Shown one piece after another: positions 20,125 to 29,826 of a stretch of 64,000 bases of DNA (its first letter is position 1; the number at the start of each line of letters is the position of its first letter). A program made the position numbers and the translations under genes. The stretch is from an uncultured Octadecabacter sp. (lineage in GTDB: Bacteria; Pseudomonadota; Alphaproteobacteria; Rhodobacterales; Rhodobacteraceae), in the NCBI GenBank assembly GCA_937891785.1, contig CALAGN010000030.1:4526-68525 (forward strand), read 5' to 3'. The notes below the pieces were generated by a model. It was not told the DNA's origin, did not search any database, and saw nothing but the letters and a program-made list of their open reading frames with translations.

Positions 20125-22496
20125 CCTCGGGTGCGCCCGATTGCAGCAAGAACTTCTTGTGCAGTCGCAGGGGCGTGTAGGTCACCATAAGCAGGGCCAC
20201 AGGCTGCAACCGCATCCGATAGCGCAAGGAATGCCGAAATCCCCAACATAAACGGCGGCTCGCCCACAGCTTTGGATCGATAGATCGTCTTGGCTGGGTT
20301 CGCGCCGTCCCAAAGGGCGACATTGAACACATCAGGGCGATCAGAACAGGCGGGGATTTTGTAGGTCGAAGGCGCATGGGTGCGCAGGCGGCCACTGTCG
20401 TCCCAAACCAGCTCTTCCGTTGTGAGCCAGCCGGCACCTTGGACATAACCGCCCTCAATCTGGCCGATGTCCAGAGCGGGGTTCAGGGATGTACCTGCGT
20501 CATGCAAGATATCCGTACGTAGAATGCGATTTTCGCCCGTCAGGGTATCAATCACGACCTCGCTAAGAGAGGCACCATAAGCAAAGTAAAAGAACGGGCG
20601 ACCCTTGCCGGCGATCCGGTCCCAAGCCAAATCGGGCGTCTTGTAGAACCCGGTCGCACTTAGGCTGACGCGGTTCACATAAGCCAGTTGCGCAGCCTCG
20701 GCAAAGGTCATGGAAACCTCGCCTGCCTGCACCTGCCCGTCGGCAAACACAACGTCGTCGACCGCAACGCCATGCGCTTCTGCCAAGAAGCCCGCAATCC
20801 GATCGCAGATCGTGTCGCAAGCGGCTTGCACGGCCATTCCGTTCAAATCCGTCCCCGAACTGGCAGCCGTGGCCGAGGTATTGGGCACCTTGGCGGTATC
20901 AGTCGCCGTGATCTTAATTGCGCTCATATCAACGCCAAACCGGCTTGCAGCAACTTGCGCGACTTTCTGGAACAATCCCTGTCCCATCTCGGTGCCACCG
21001 TGGTTCAGGTGGATCGATCCGTCTTGATAGACATGCACCAATGCACCGGCCTGATTAAGGTGGGTCAGAGTAAAGGAAATACCAAACTTAACGGGGCTAA
21101 AAGCCAACCCCTTTTTCAACACAGTATTGGCGCCATTCCAGTCAGTGACAGCCTTGCGCCGCGCGTCGTAGTCAGCACTTTCCAGCAAGGTGTCCGTCAT
21201 CTCGTGCAGGATGAAGTCGGTCACTTCCATGTGGTAAGGCGTGGTGTTTTCGTGCTTGCCTGCCTTTGGCGAAAAGCTTGCGCCAAAGGGTTTTCCGGTG
21301 CCAGCATTTTCTTTTCTGGAATGACTTGCGCCCGAGGCATCCGCACTCACAACCATTGGATCGTAATAATTGATACGACGCACCGCGACGGGGTCTTTGC
21401 CCAGCACCTGCGCTACGTGATCCATCACGCGTTCGATCCCCAGCATCCCTTGTGGGCCGCCAAATCCGCGATAGGCGGTGGCGCTTTGGGTGTTGGTTTT
21501 CAGCCGGTGCGAAGTGATCCGCGCGGCGGGCAAAAGATAAGCGTTATCTGCGTGCAACATTGCACGGTCGGCCACGGGCAAAGACAGGTCCATTGCCCAG
21601 CCACAGCGCGTGTAGTGGGTAAAGTCCACACCCGTCAGTCGCCCGCCGTCGTCATAGCCCACGTCATAGTCGATGCGAAAATCGTGGCGTTTTCCGGTGA
21701 TCATCATATCGTCGTCGCGGTCATAGCGCATTTTGCAGGGCTTGCCCGTCAGGCGCGCGGCCACAGCGCAGCCCACGGCCAGCGCATTTCCCTGGCTTTC
21801 TTTACCGCCAAAGCCGCCGCCCATCCGGCGGATTTCAACCCGCACGCCGTGCATTGGCACGCCGATTGCCTCAGCCACTTTGTGCTGAATTTCGGTCGGA
21901 TGCTGGGTGCTCGAATGCACCAACATATCACCGCCTTCTTGTGGCAGGGCCAATGCGGCCTGTCCCTCAAGATAGAAATGCTCTTGTCCGCCCATTTCAA
22001 AGCGCCCTTGCAGGCGGTTGGGGGCAGATGCCAATGCGGCGTCGATATCGCCTTTTCGATAGACACGTGGCCCGTCTTCAAACCGTGTATTGGCCGCAAG
22101 TGCTGCCTCGATTGTCAGGATCGGGGTGACTGCGTCAATCGTCACATTGGCACGTTTTGCAGCATGGCGTGCGGCCAGATGTGATGTTGCGATCACCAGA
22201 AACAGCGGTTGGCCAATGTAATGCACGGTTCCGTCGCTTAGCAGCGGTTCGTCATGGGCGCTGGGCGACACATCGTTGTCAAAGGGCAGATCATCTGCCG
22301 TCAGCACTGCAACGACACCATCGGCGGCGCGCACAGCCGCAAGGTCCATTGCCGTGATTGTGCCACAGGCCACTTCCGACGTGCCAAATGCCAGATGCAG
22401 GGTGCCGCTGGGCGTTGGGATATCATCCACGTAACGCGCTTGTCCGGTCACATGCAGATGCGCAGTGTCATGCGGGAGGGATTTTGCAACGCTCAT
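20121..22496 (-). CDS. xdhB: Xanthine dehydrogenase molybdopterin-binding subunit
   Basis: QEHFYLE, RMGGGFGGKESQ, YRGFGGPQG, GTEMGQGL, GQIEGG, KAVGEPP. Confidence 0.97.
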   Translation of the reverse strand: MSVAKSLPHDTAHLHVTGQARYVDDIPTPSGTLHLAFGTSEVACGTITAMDLAAVRAADGVVAVLTADDLPFDNDVSPSAHDEPLLSDGTVHYIGQPLFLVIATSHLAARHAAKRANVTIDAVTPILTIEAALAANTRFEDGPRVYRKGDIDAALASAPNRLQGRFEMGGQEHFYLEGQAALALPQEGGDMLVHSSTQHPTEIQHKVAEAIGVPMHGVRVEIRRMGGGFGGKESQGNALAVGCAVAARLTGKPCKMRYDRDDDMMITGKRHDFRIDYDVGYDDGGRLTGVDFTHYTRCGWAMDLSLPVADRAMLHADNAYLLPAARITSHRLKTNTQSATAYRGFGGPQGMLGIERVMDHVAQVLGKDPVAVRRINYYDPMVVSADASGASHSRKENAGTGKPFGASFSPKAGKHENTTPYHMEVTDFILHEMTDTLLESADYDARRKAVTDWNGANTVLKKGLAFSPVKFGISFTLTHLNQAGALVHVYQDGSIHLNHGGTEMGQGLFQKVAQVAASRFGVDMSAIKITATDTAKVPNTSATAASSGTDLNGMAVQAACDTICDRIAGFLAEAHGVAVDDVVFADGQVQAGEVSMTFAEAAQLAYVNRVSLSATGFYKTPDLAWDRIAGKGRPFFYFAYGASLSEVVIDTLTGENRILRTDILHDAGTSLNPALDIGQIEGGYVQGAGWLTTEELVWDDSGRLRTHAPSTYKIPACSDRPDVFNVALWDGANPAKTIYRSKAVGEPPFMLGISAFLALSDAVAACGPAYGDLHAPATAQEVLAAIGRTRG

Positions 22497-23848
22497 GCCG
22501 ACACCTCTAATACGCTTGTGTCTTGTCCGCTAAGGTCGTGGAAATAACGCTGCAATAGGTTCGCTGCCGTGGTCAGACGATAGTCAGCACTCGCGCGCAT
22601 ATCGCTAAGCGGTGTGAAGTCTTCACCCATCTTTGCCATGGCCGCTTGCGCGTTTTCGATCGTCCATGCATTTCCGACCAAGGCAGCCTCGACCGCAGCG
22701 GCCCGTTTCGGGGTGCCAGCCATGCCACCAAAGGCGATGCAGGCGTCCGTCACGATGCCTTTTGTCACTGTCAAATTGAAGCAGCCGCAGATCGCGGAAA
22801 TATCCTGATCGAAGCGTTTCGAGATTTTGTAGCAGCGCAGGGTAGGGGCACTTGCGGGCAGGGTCACGGCCTCGACGAATTCGCCGCGCTGCCGGTCCTG
22901 TTTACCGTAGTCGATAAAGAAGTCTTCAATTGCCATCTCGCGCCGTTGATCGCCGCAGCGTAGGTGTAGGGTCGCGCCCAATGCGATCAGCGCAGGCGGG
23001 TTGTCACCAATCGGCGAGCCGTTGGCGATATTGCCGCCGATGGTCGCCGCATTGCGGACCTGCTGGCTGCCATAGCGGCGGATCATTTCGGCATAACTCG
23101 GATGGGCATCCCGCATCGCGGCCAAAACATCGGTCATCGTCGTCATGGCGCCAATGCGGATTGTGTCGCCGCTTTGCGTGATCCCGCGCAGGTCGGTGCA
23201 GCGATTAAGAAACGCGACATCGCCCAACTCGCGGAATTGTTTCGTCACCCAAAGTCCAACGTCGGTCGCGCCTGCAACAAGCGTTCCATCGGGGTGTGCC
23301 AAATACCATGCGGCAAGGTCATCGGATGTTTCGGGCGCGAAAGGTGCTGCTTCAACGGTGGGCGCTTTGTCCTTTACCCAAACCGGAACGGCTGCATTTT
23401 CGGCGGCCTTGGCGGCGCGGATAATCGGCGCATATCCTGTGCAACGGCACAGGTTGCCTGCCAGCATGTTGTCGTGATCAGTTTGCCCGTTCGCGTGGCC
23501 CACGGCCATCGACACGACAAAACCGGGGGTGCAGAACCCGCATTGGCTGCCATGGTTTTCAACCATCGCGGTTTGAACAGGATGCAGCGTGCCATCGGGG
23601 CCTGATACCCCTTCGACGGTGCGCACAGCCTTGCCGTGAAGCTGGGGCATAAACAGGATGCAGGCGTTCAGCGCCTTTGCTCCATCGCCATCCGTGACCA
23701 TCACGGTGCAAGCGCCGCAATCGCCTTCGTTACAGCCTTCTTTGGTTCCGGTAAGGCCGCGCTCGTCGCGTAGCCAGTCTAACAAAGTCCGCGTTGGATC
23801 GGTGTCAACGCGCACAGTCTCTCCGTTGAGAAGAAACGTGGTCTTCAT
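22493..23848 (-). CDS. xdhA: Xanthine dehydrogenase small subunit (2Fe-2S/FAD)
   Basis: GTKEGCNEGDCGACT, QCGFCTPG, GNLCRCTGY, YKISKRFDQDIS. Confidence 0.97.
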   Translation of the reverse strand: MKTTFLLNGETVRVDTDPTRTLLDWLRDERGLTGTKEGCNEGDCGACTVMVTDGDGAKALNACILFMPQLHGKAVRTVEGVSGPDGTLHPVQTAMVENHGSQCGFCTPGFVVSMAVGHANGQTDHDNMLAGNLCRCTGYAPIIRAAKAAENAAVPVWVKDKAPTVEAAPFAPETSDDLAAWYLAHPDGTLVAGATDVGLWVTKQFRELGDVAFLNRCTDLRGITQSGDTIRIGAMTTMTDVLAAMRDAHPSYAEMIRRYGSQQVRNAATIGGNIANGSPIGDNPPALIALGATLHLRCGDQRREMAIEDFFIDYGKQDRQRGEFVEAVTLPASAPTLRCYKISKRFDQDISAICGCFNLTVTKGIVTDACIAFGGMAGTPKRAAAVEAALVGNAWTIENAQAAMAKMGEDFTPLSDMRASADYRLTTAANLLQRYFHDLSGQDTSVLEVSA

Positions 23849-23939
23849 GTGATTTCCAGCCGCGGTACCGAATTTGTTTTTATTGGGACTATTGCGTCAT
23901 CGATGCGGCGTAGACTACGCGCCCCCTGTTGTCGGCTAA

Positions 23940-24461
23940 TCAGAACGACTGAAACGCAATCTGGCAAGCTTTTTTATTCTTGCCCCAAATTTTCCGCGAT
24001 GGCTGGGCCAGTTGTCCGGTAGTCGTGCCCCAGCCATCGCGGAACCCCATTTTTTTATGTGCTGCAACGGTTTGCGCGGTCCCGTGCAGGGCGTGTGTAG
24101 TGTGGAAACAGCCGCCATCGCGGGCTTCATGACGCAATTCGACGGTCAAGTAAAAATCGTCCGGATTGGTGTGCGGCGGGTTGGGAACAAAGGTCGGCCC
24201 CAGCGCCGCGGCCCATACAAACCGCTTGTCCGATTCGGCCAGAAGAACACACCCGGACGGTCCGCGCATTTCGCCGTGTTCCGGCACTTTCATGACGATA
24301 TTAAAGATCCCGCTGGGGGCAAGATCAACCTCGGTTTCGGTAATTTCGACAGGCTTAGGCGCGAACCATTGGGTGAGTGGTTCCGGCTCGGTGATGCCGC
24401 GCTGGACGGTTACAGGGCTTGCGTTGATTTGGCGCGTGACGCTGAGAGCGAGGTCGCTCAC
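23940..24461 (-). CDS. SRPBCC/AHSA1-family protein, possibly decaying
   Basis: TRQINASP..V..GITEPE..QWFAPKP, GCVLLAE, MGFRDGWG; start GTG 24461 is uncertain; atypical C-terminal tail. Confidence 0.65.
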   Translation of the reverse strand: MSDLALSVTRQINASPVTVQRGITEPEPLTQWFAPKPVEITETEVDLAPSGIFNIVMKVPEHGEMRGPSGCVLLAESDKRFVWAAALGPTFVPNPPHTNPDDFYLTVELRHEARDGGCFHTTHALHGTAQTVAAHKKMGFRDGWGTTTGQLAQPSRKIWGKNKKACQIAFQSF

Positions 24462-24538
24462 GAAGTTTTCTGCTACCGGCATTTGGTGGATGAAGTCATC
24501 ATTTCGCGCACGCCGCAGCAAGGTCAAGAAATCCGTGC

Positions 24539-24567
24539 TTCACCCCACCCATGTCCCTGCCTATGGT
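24539..24567 (+). promoter_or_regulatory. Candidate sigma70 promoter giving a leaderless dnaE transcript
   Basis: TTCACC-N17-TATGGT-N6-ATG; no Shine-Dalgarno. Confidence 0.4.
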
Positions 24568-24573
24568 GGCGCT

Positions 24574-27500
24574 ATGTCAAATGCCCCCCGATTCATTCAC
24601 CTGCGTACGCATACGGAATACTCCCTTCTGGAGGGGGCTGTTCCAGTCAAGAAAATCGCCGGACTGGCGCGTGCCGCCGGTATGCCCGCCGCGGCTGTTA
24701 CCGATACGAACAACATGTTTTGTGCACTGGAATTTTCGGAAACTGCGGCACGGGAAGGTGTGCAGCCAATCGTTGGTTGTCAGATTGATCTGACCTATAC
24801 CAAAACCGAGGCTGGCAAGCGTCCCGAGGCGCCCGCCCCCGTGGTCCTGCTGGCCAAAAACGAAGCGGGCTACTTGAATCTTATGAAGCTGAACTCGGCG
24901 GCCTACATCGACAAGGGCGGGGAATTGCCACAGATCACGCTGGATGATCTGGCGCTGCGTCACGACGGGCTGATCTGTTTAACCGGCGGGCCAGATGGCC
25001 CCATCGGGCGGCTTTTGCGTAACGGGCAGCGCCCTGCCGCTGAGGCGTTGATGACGCGCCTGAAACAGATTTTTGGTGACCGACTTTATGTCGAATTACA
25101 ACGTCATCCCGAAGATGGCGGGCTGCCTGAAGCTGAGAGATTGTCAGAGCAGGGTCACGTCGAAATGGCCTATGGCATGGAAATCCCGCTGGTTGCGACG
25201 AACGATGTCTATTTCCCCAAGTCGAAAATCTACGAGGCCCATGATGCGCTATTGTGTATCGCCGACGGTGCCTATGTGGATCAGCAAGAACCGCGCCGCC
25301 GTTTGACGCCGCAGCACTATTTCAAAAACCAGCAGGAAATGGCGACCCTATTTGCTGACTTGCCCGAAGCGTTGGAAAACACAGTGGAAATCGCGCGCCG
25401 TTGTGCCTTTCGCACCAAAACGCGCGATCCGATCCTGCCGAAATTTGCCGATGACGAAGTCGAAGAACTGAGCCGCCAGGCCAACGCCGGCTTGCAACGC
25501 CGCTTGGCTGTGATCCCCCACGCCGTCAGTGTCGAAGACTACCAAAAGCGTCTTGATTTCGAGCTTGAGATTATCAAGGGCATGGGTTTTCCCGGCTATT
25601 TTCTGATCGTTGCGGATTTTATCAAGTGGTCCAAGGACAATCACATTCCCGTCGGGCCGGGCCGTGGGTCGGGTGCGGGGTCACTGGTCGCTTATGCGCT
25701 GACCATTACCGACCTTGATCCGCTGCGTTACAGCCTGCTGTTTGAACGGTTCTTGAACCCTGAACGTGTGTCGATGCCCGACTTTGACATCGATTTTTGC
25801 ATGGATCGCCGTGAAGAGGTGATCCGCTATGTGCAGGGCAAATACGGGCGCGATAAAGTCGGGCAGATCATCACATTTGGCGCGTTGCTGTCCAAGGCCG
25901 CTGTGCGCGATGTGGGCCGCGTTTTACAGATGCCGTACGGGCAGGTTGACCGGCTGAGCAAAATGATCCCCGTCGAGGGCGTTAAACCTGTCAGCATCGA
26001 AAAGGCGCTGGCCGATGAACCGCGCCTGCGCGAAGAAGCCAAGAACGAAGAAGTCGTCGCGCGCCTGTTAGACTACGGTCAGCAGCTTGAGGGGCTGTTG
26101 CGCAATGCATCAACCCACGCAGCGGGTGTGGTGATTGGTGATCGTCCATTGGATGAACTGGTCCCGCTTTATCAAGACCCGCGATCGGATATGCCCGCGA
26201 CCCAGTTCAACATGAAATGGGTGGAACAGGCGGGGTTGGTCAAGTTTGATTTTCTGGGTCTGAAAACTCTGACCGTCATTCAAAACGCCGTTGATCTGAT
26301 CTTGAAATCGGGCCGCCCCCTGCATGTGGCTGCTGACGGCACGCGGCTTTATGAACCCGCCGCAGGAACCGAGAACGATATCAACGCGATCCCGCTTGAT
26401 GACGAGGCGTCGTACAAGCTTTACGCCAGCGCCAAAACCGTTGCCGTGTTCCAAGTGGAATCCAGCGGCATGATGGATGCGCTGCGCCGGATGAAGCCGG
26501 ACTGCATCGAGGATATCATCGCGCTTGTTGCCCTTTATCGCCCCGGCCCGATAGAGAACATTCCGAAGTTCTGCGAGGTCAAGAACGGACTGTCGGAACG
26601 CGATATGCTGCACCCGACGATTGATCACATTCTGGATGAAACCCAAGGTATCATCGTTTACCAAGAACAGGTGATGCAGATCGCGCAAGAGATGGCGGGT
26701 TATAGCCTTGGCGGTGCTGATCTGCTGCGCCGGGCAATGGGTAAGAAGATTCAGGCAGCGATGGACGCTGAGCGTCCGAAATTCCTTGAAGGGTCCGCCA
26801 AGAACGGTGTCGACAAGCCCAAGGCGACCGAGGTTTGGAACCTTCTGGATAAGTTTGCCAACTATGGTTTCAACAAATCGCACGCGGCGGCCTATGCGGT
26901 GGTTTCCTACCAAACTGCGTGGCTCAAGGCGAACCATCCTGTCGAGTTTATGGCCGGTGTGATGAATTGCGATATTCACCTTACGGACAAACTGGCGGTT
27001 TATTTTCAAGAGGTTCGCAAGGGGCTGATGCTGCCGTGGGTGCCGCCCTGCGTGAACCGCAGCCAAGCCACGTTTGATGTGATCGATGGCAAGTTGGTCT
27101 ATGGTCTTGGCGGGTTAAAGAACGTCGGTGTCGATGCGATGCGCCTGATCGTAGAAGGCCGTGACGGGCGCGATTTTGCAACGCTGTTTGATCTGGCCCG
27201 ACGTGTTGAATTAAAACGCGTTGGTAAACGCCCGATGGAAATGCTGGCGCGGGCAGGGGCGTTTGATATTTTGGACCCCAACCGTCGCCGTGTCTTTGAT
27301 AGTCTGGATGCGCTGGTCGGTTATTCGGCTGCGATCCATGATCAGAAGAACTCGAGCCAGGTCAGCCTGTTTGGCGAAGCAGGCGATGACTTGCCAGAAC
27401 CACGCCTGTCTGGCGCCGAAGACTGGCTACCCAATGATCGCCTGTCCGAAGAATACAAAGCCATTGGGTTTTATTTGTCGGGCCACCCGCTGGATGACTA

Positions 27501-28077
27501 CCGTGCCGTATTGAAGCGCGCCAAGGCTGTCACATTCGAGGAATTGGCTGCTGAAGTCGAAGCCAAGGGCGCGGTAATCAGAAAAGTTGGTGCCAAAGTC
27601 GAGGGCCGATCAGAGCGCAAGAATGCCAAGGGCACGCGCTATGCATTTGTGCAATTTTCCGATCCAAGCGGCCCGTTTGAGGCTGTCATGTTTTCTGACA
27701 CGCTTGATGCGAGCCGTGACCATCTTGAGGGCGGCGCGCTTGTAACCGTCCAGATTGAGGCCACAATGGAGGAAGGCCAGCTAAAGCTGCTGTGCCGCGG
27801 TGTCGCCCCGATTGATGTGAGCGTGGCAGCTGCTGGGGCAACTGGGTTGCGGGTGTTCCTAGATGATGTCAGCGCGATCACATCGGTTGCTGATGTGTTG
27901 CAAAATGCTGTGCGTGACGGTGTGCGTGGTGGGCGCGGTCCGATCACATTCTGCGTGCTTGACCCCAGTGAATTGGGCGAAGTTGACGTCACGCTTGAGG
28001 ACGAGTTTCCCGTAAACCCACAGATCAAGGGCGCTTTGCGCTCGCTTGGTGGGGTGCTGGACGTCCAAGAGCTTTGA
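24574..28077 (+). CDS. dnaE: DNA polymerase III alpha subunit
   Basis: PHP motif FIHLRTHTEYSLL, GPGRGSGAGS, MPDFDIDF, KFDFLGL, YGFNKSH; start ATG 24574. Confidence 0.98.
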   Translation: MSNAPRFIHLRTHTEYSLLEGAVPVKKIAGLARAAGMPAAAVTDTNNMFCALEFSETAAREGVQPIVGCQIDLTYTKTEAGKRPEAPAPVVLLAKNEAGYLNLMKLNSAAYIDKGGELPQITLDDLALRHDGLICLTGGPDGPIGRLLRNGQRPAAEALMTRLKQIFGDRLYVELQRHPEDGGLPEAERLSEQGHVEMAYGMEIPLVATNDVYFPKSKIYEAHDALLCIADGAYVDQQEPRRRLTPQHYFKNQQEMATLFADLPEALENTVEIARRCAFRTKTRDPILPKFADDEVEELSRQANAGLQRRLAVIPHAVSVEDYQKRLDFELEIIKGMGFPGYFLIVADFIKWSKDNHIPVGPGRGSGAGSLVAYALTITDLDPLRYSLLFERFLNPERVSMPDFDIDFCMDRREEVIRYVQGKYGRDKVGQIITFGALLSKAAVRDVGRVLQMPYGQVDRLSKMIPVEGVKPVSIEKALADEPRLREEAKNEEVVARLLDYGQQLEGLLRNASTHAAGVVIGDRPLDELVPLYQDPRSDMPATQFNMKWVEQAGLVKFDFLGLKTLTVIQNAVDLILKSGRPLHVAADGTRLYEPAAGTENDINAIPLDDEASYKLYASAKTVAVFQVESSGMMDALRRMKPDCIEDIIALVALYRPGPIENIPKFCEVKNGLSERDMLHPTIDHILDETQGIIVYQEQVMQIAQEMAGYSLGGADLLRRAMGKKIQAAMDAERPKFLEGSAKNGVDKPKATEVWNLLDKFANYGFNKSHAAAYAVVSYQTAWLKANHPVEFMAGVMNCDIHLTDKLAVYFQEVRKGLMLPWVPPCVNRSQATFDVIDGKLVYGLGGLKNVGVDAMRLIVEGRDGRDFATLFDLARRVELKRVGKRPMEMLARAGAFDILDPNRRRVFDSLDALVGYSAAIHDQKNSSQVSLFGEAGDDLPEPRLSGAEDWLPNDRLSEEYKAIGFYLSGHPLDDYRAVLKRAKAVTFEELAAEVEAKGAVIRKVGAKVEGRSERKNAKGTRYAFVQFSDPSGPFEAVMFSDTLDASRDHLEGGALVTVQIEATMEEGQLKLLCRGVAPIDVSVAAAGATGLRVFLDDVSAITSVADVLQNAVRDGVRGGRGPITFCVLDPSELGEVDVTLEDEFPVNPQIKGALRSLGGVLDVQEL

Positions 28078-28184
28078 CGCGCCCGTCATCGCTATCGACG
28101 CGCAGACGTGCGTGCGGCCTTTGATAGGCGTGGGCTGGATAAAGGGCTAAATACGCGCATGCAGGGATCGGACGGAAAGTCGCT

Positions 28185-28500
28185 ATGAGAAATAATGGGC
28201 TACTTTTGGTTGCATGTGTCGCTTTAACGGCCTGCGGCGACCCTTTGCATAATGTTGAACGTCTCAGCGATGTCGAAGCCGCCGATGCATACGCTGCTGC
28301 TGCAATGGAATCCCCTAACGCCGTAACCGAGGTTGCGCGGGCACCTGGATTGTTCGCGGCTTGAACAGTTGGGGCGTGATGCGCTGTTCGTTACTGTGTA
28401 CGGGCGCTTTGGAAATAGCCCGAACTGGGCCGATATTCTGATTTATGACGGCGAAGTTATCGCTGTGGATCGCACTTCAATGGAACAGATCGAGGATTGA
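28185..28500 (+). pseudogene. Lipoprotein remnant, frameshifted (59-aa N-terminal part plus 47-aa C-terminal part in +1 frame)
   Basis: MRNNGLLLVACVALTACGDPLHNVERLSDVE (lipobox LTAC) stops at 28364; an overlapping frame from 28357 reads RLEQLGRDALFVTVYGRFGNSPNWADILIYDGEVIAVD to TGA 28500. Confidence 0.65.
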
Positions 28501-28503
28501 TCC

Positions 28504-28707
28504 CTACCAGTGTGGTGGGCGATCATCGGCCAGTGGAATAGTGCCGCCGGATTCCACTTCGCGCGAGGCTTCGCGCTCCATCACCATATGCATCCGGCGG
28601 TTCAAAACGGCCAGTTGGTTTTCCTGACGCGCGACGATTTCCGACAGGTCATCGACGGTGCGGGTCAGGTGGGCGATTTGTTCTTCAAGGTGTGTCGTAT
28701 CTGTCAT
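28504..28707 (-). CDS. slyX: SlyX family protein
   Basis: LEEQIAHL...VDDLSEIVARQ and C-terminal PPHW. Confidence 0.9.
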   Translation of the reverse strand: MTDTTHLEEQIAHLTRTVDDLSEIVARQENQLAVLNRRMHMVMEREASREVESGGTIPLADDRPPHW

Positions 28708-28713
28708 GAGACG

Positions 28714-28743
28714 CGCCTAGCACGGCCTAGGGGCCTGCCGCAA
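28714..28743 (-). promoter_or_regulatory. Candidate leaderless promoter of slyX
   Basis: TTGCGG-N18-TAGGCG-N6-ATG; no Shine-Dalgarno. Confidence 0.3.
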
Positions 28744-28756
28744 TTCATCACATGCG

Positions 28757-29647
28757 TTACGTCGGCCAATGGCGTGCAATAACTTGCCCCAGCATCGCGC
28801 GGCTTCCGACGCCCCATTCGTGCGGTGTCCCATATATATAGCCCAGGAAATGTAGCCCGTTGCGTCCGCGCAACGCTTCTGCTGCCATTTCATCAGGAAG
28901 CAGGGACGGGCGGCCATAGATTTCGCGCACTGGCCACTGCAATTCTGGCATCGCCACATAAAGCAGTTCGGCGCAGTAAATGCTGTCGGCATCGCTTACG
29001 TCAAAATGGTAGTCAAAGGGCGTGCCCACTGTATCAAAAAGGGTCGCGACTATCTCGTGTTGACGCGTGGCGGTCATGTGCGGCGGACGGAATAGTGCAA
29101 TTGCGTCAATCTCGAATAGGGTGGACTGATCGACAAGCCGGACATCTACCCCGTTCGCTTCGATAACTGTCTGTCCAGCGCGGATTTGGTCATGATAGGG
29201 TCGCACGCTCGGATCATCCCACATATCGATTGCGCGCAGTTGTGTTTCGGTGCCCAAATAGATCGCGGTGTGGTTTAGATAGTAGCCCGCGATTTGACCG
29301 GATAAGAGGGATTTGATGCTGATAAAGATTAGATCAAGCGGTTCAAGCGTCTCGTAGATCCGATCCTGAGCGGCGATGTTGTTTTGCAAATAACCCTGAC
29401 GGAGCTTTATGGCGCGGGTTGTATGCACAACAGTAGACGCGCTGCCTTCAAAGAACGCAGAGATTTCGCGTGGCAATGGCTCGGCGCCCTCGCAGCACCC
29501 TGCAAGCGCAAGGTCATAGTCAATTGTTTCATGCGGATCCGTCGTTGAATCAACACGCTTTGCACAGCTTGCTGCGAACAGGCCGATGAACAGTGCCAAA
29601 GTGATTTTGCGCAGTCGCGTTCTGCGGTTTGTGGCATCATGTTTCAT
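28757..29647 (-). CDS. YiiX/YebB-like permuted papain-fold (NlpC/P60) cysteine hydrolase, predicted lipoprotein
   Basis: Lipobox FAASC; His in NHTAIYLG precedes Cys in YDYHF-like PFDYHF...YCAEL (permuted order); start ATG 29647. Confidence 0.75.
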   Translation of the reverse strand: MKHDATNRRTRLRKITLALFIGLFAASCAKRVDSTTDPHETIDYDLALAGCCEGAEPLPREISAFFEGSASTVVHTTRAIKLRQGYLQNNIAAQDRIYETLEPLDLIFISIKSLLSGQIAGYYLNHTAIYLGTETQLRAIDMWDDPSVRPYHDQIRAGQTVIEANGVDVRLVDQSTLFEIDAIALFRPPHMTATRQHEIVATLFDTVGTPFDYHFDVSDADSIYCAELLYVAMPELQWPVREIYGRPSLLPDEMAAEALRGRNGLHFLGYIYGTPHEWGVGSRAMLGQVIARHWPT

Positions 29648-29826
29648 ACGGTTCCCCCCAGCAATTTCCCCAATCACAATAATAAACCCAAAGCGACTGG
29701 CCACAAGCGAACCTGACAAAATGCTGTGCGGCATAGTGTCGTTGGTCGCATGCGCACACGACCGCGTTGCCCTTGCCCGCGTGGCGCGCTAAAGCCAGCG
29801 CTAACATCTGCAAACCCGAGGACAGT

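Noticed and set aside
20688-22184. 498-aa ORF on the + strand opposite xdhB, and similar long antisense ORFs (4474-5334, 11459-12322, 26110-27066, 33997-34917, 56077-56961)
   Set aside because: Shadow frames produced by codon bias of the real genes; no motifs or RBS, and atypical composition.
24012-24573. Long N-terminal extension of dnaE in the ORF track (from 24166) and overlapping ORF 24012-24788
   Set aside because: The PHP domain starts at ATG 24574; the extension is the antisense of the SRPBCC gene.
26296-26400. Extra segment in DnaE (SGRPLHVAADGTRLYEPAAGTEND) considered as an intein or mobile insertion
   Set aside because: Short, no Cys/Ser start or His-Asn end, normal GC; I recall a similar loop in other roseobacter DnaE proteins.
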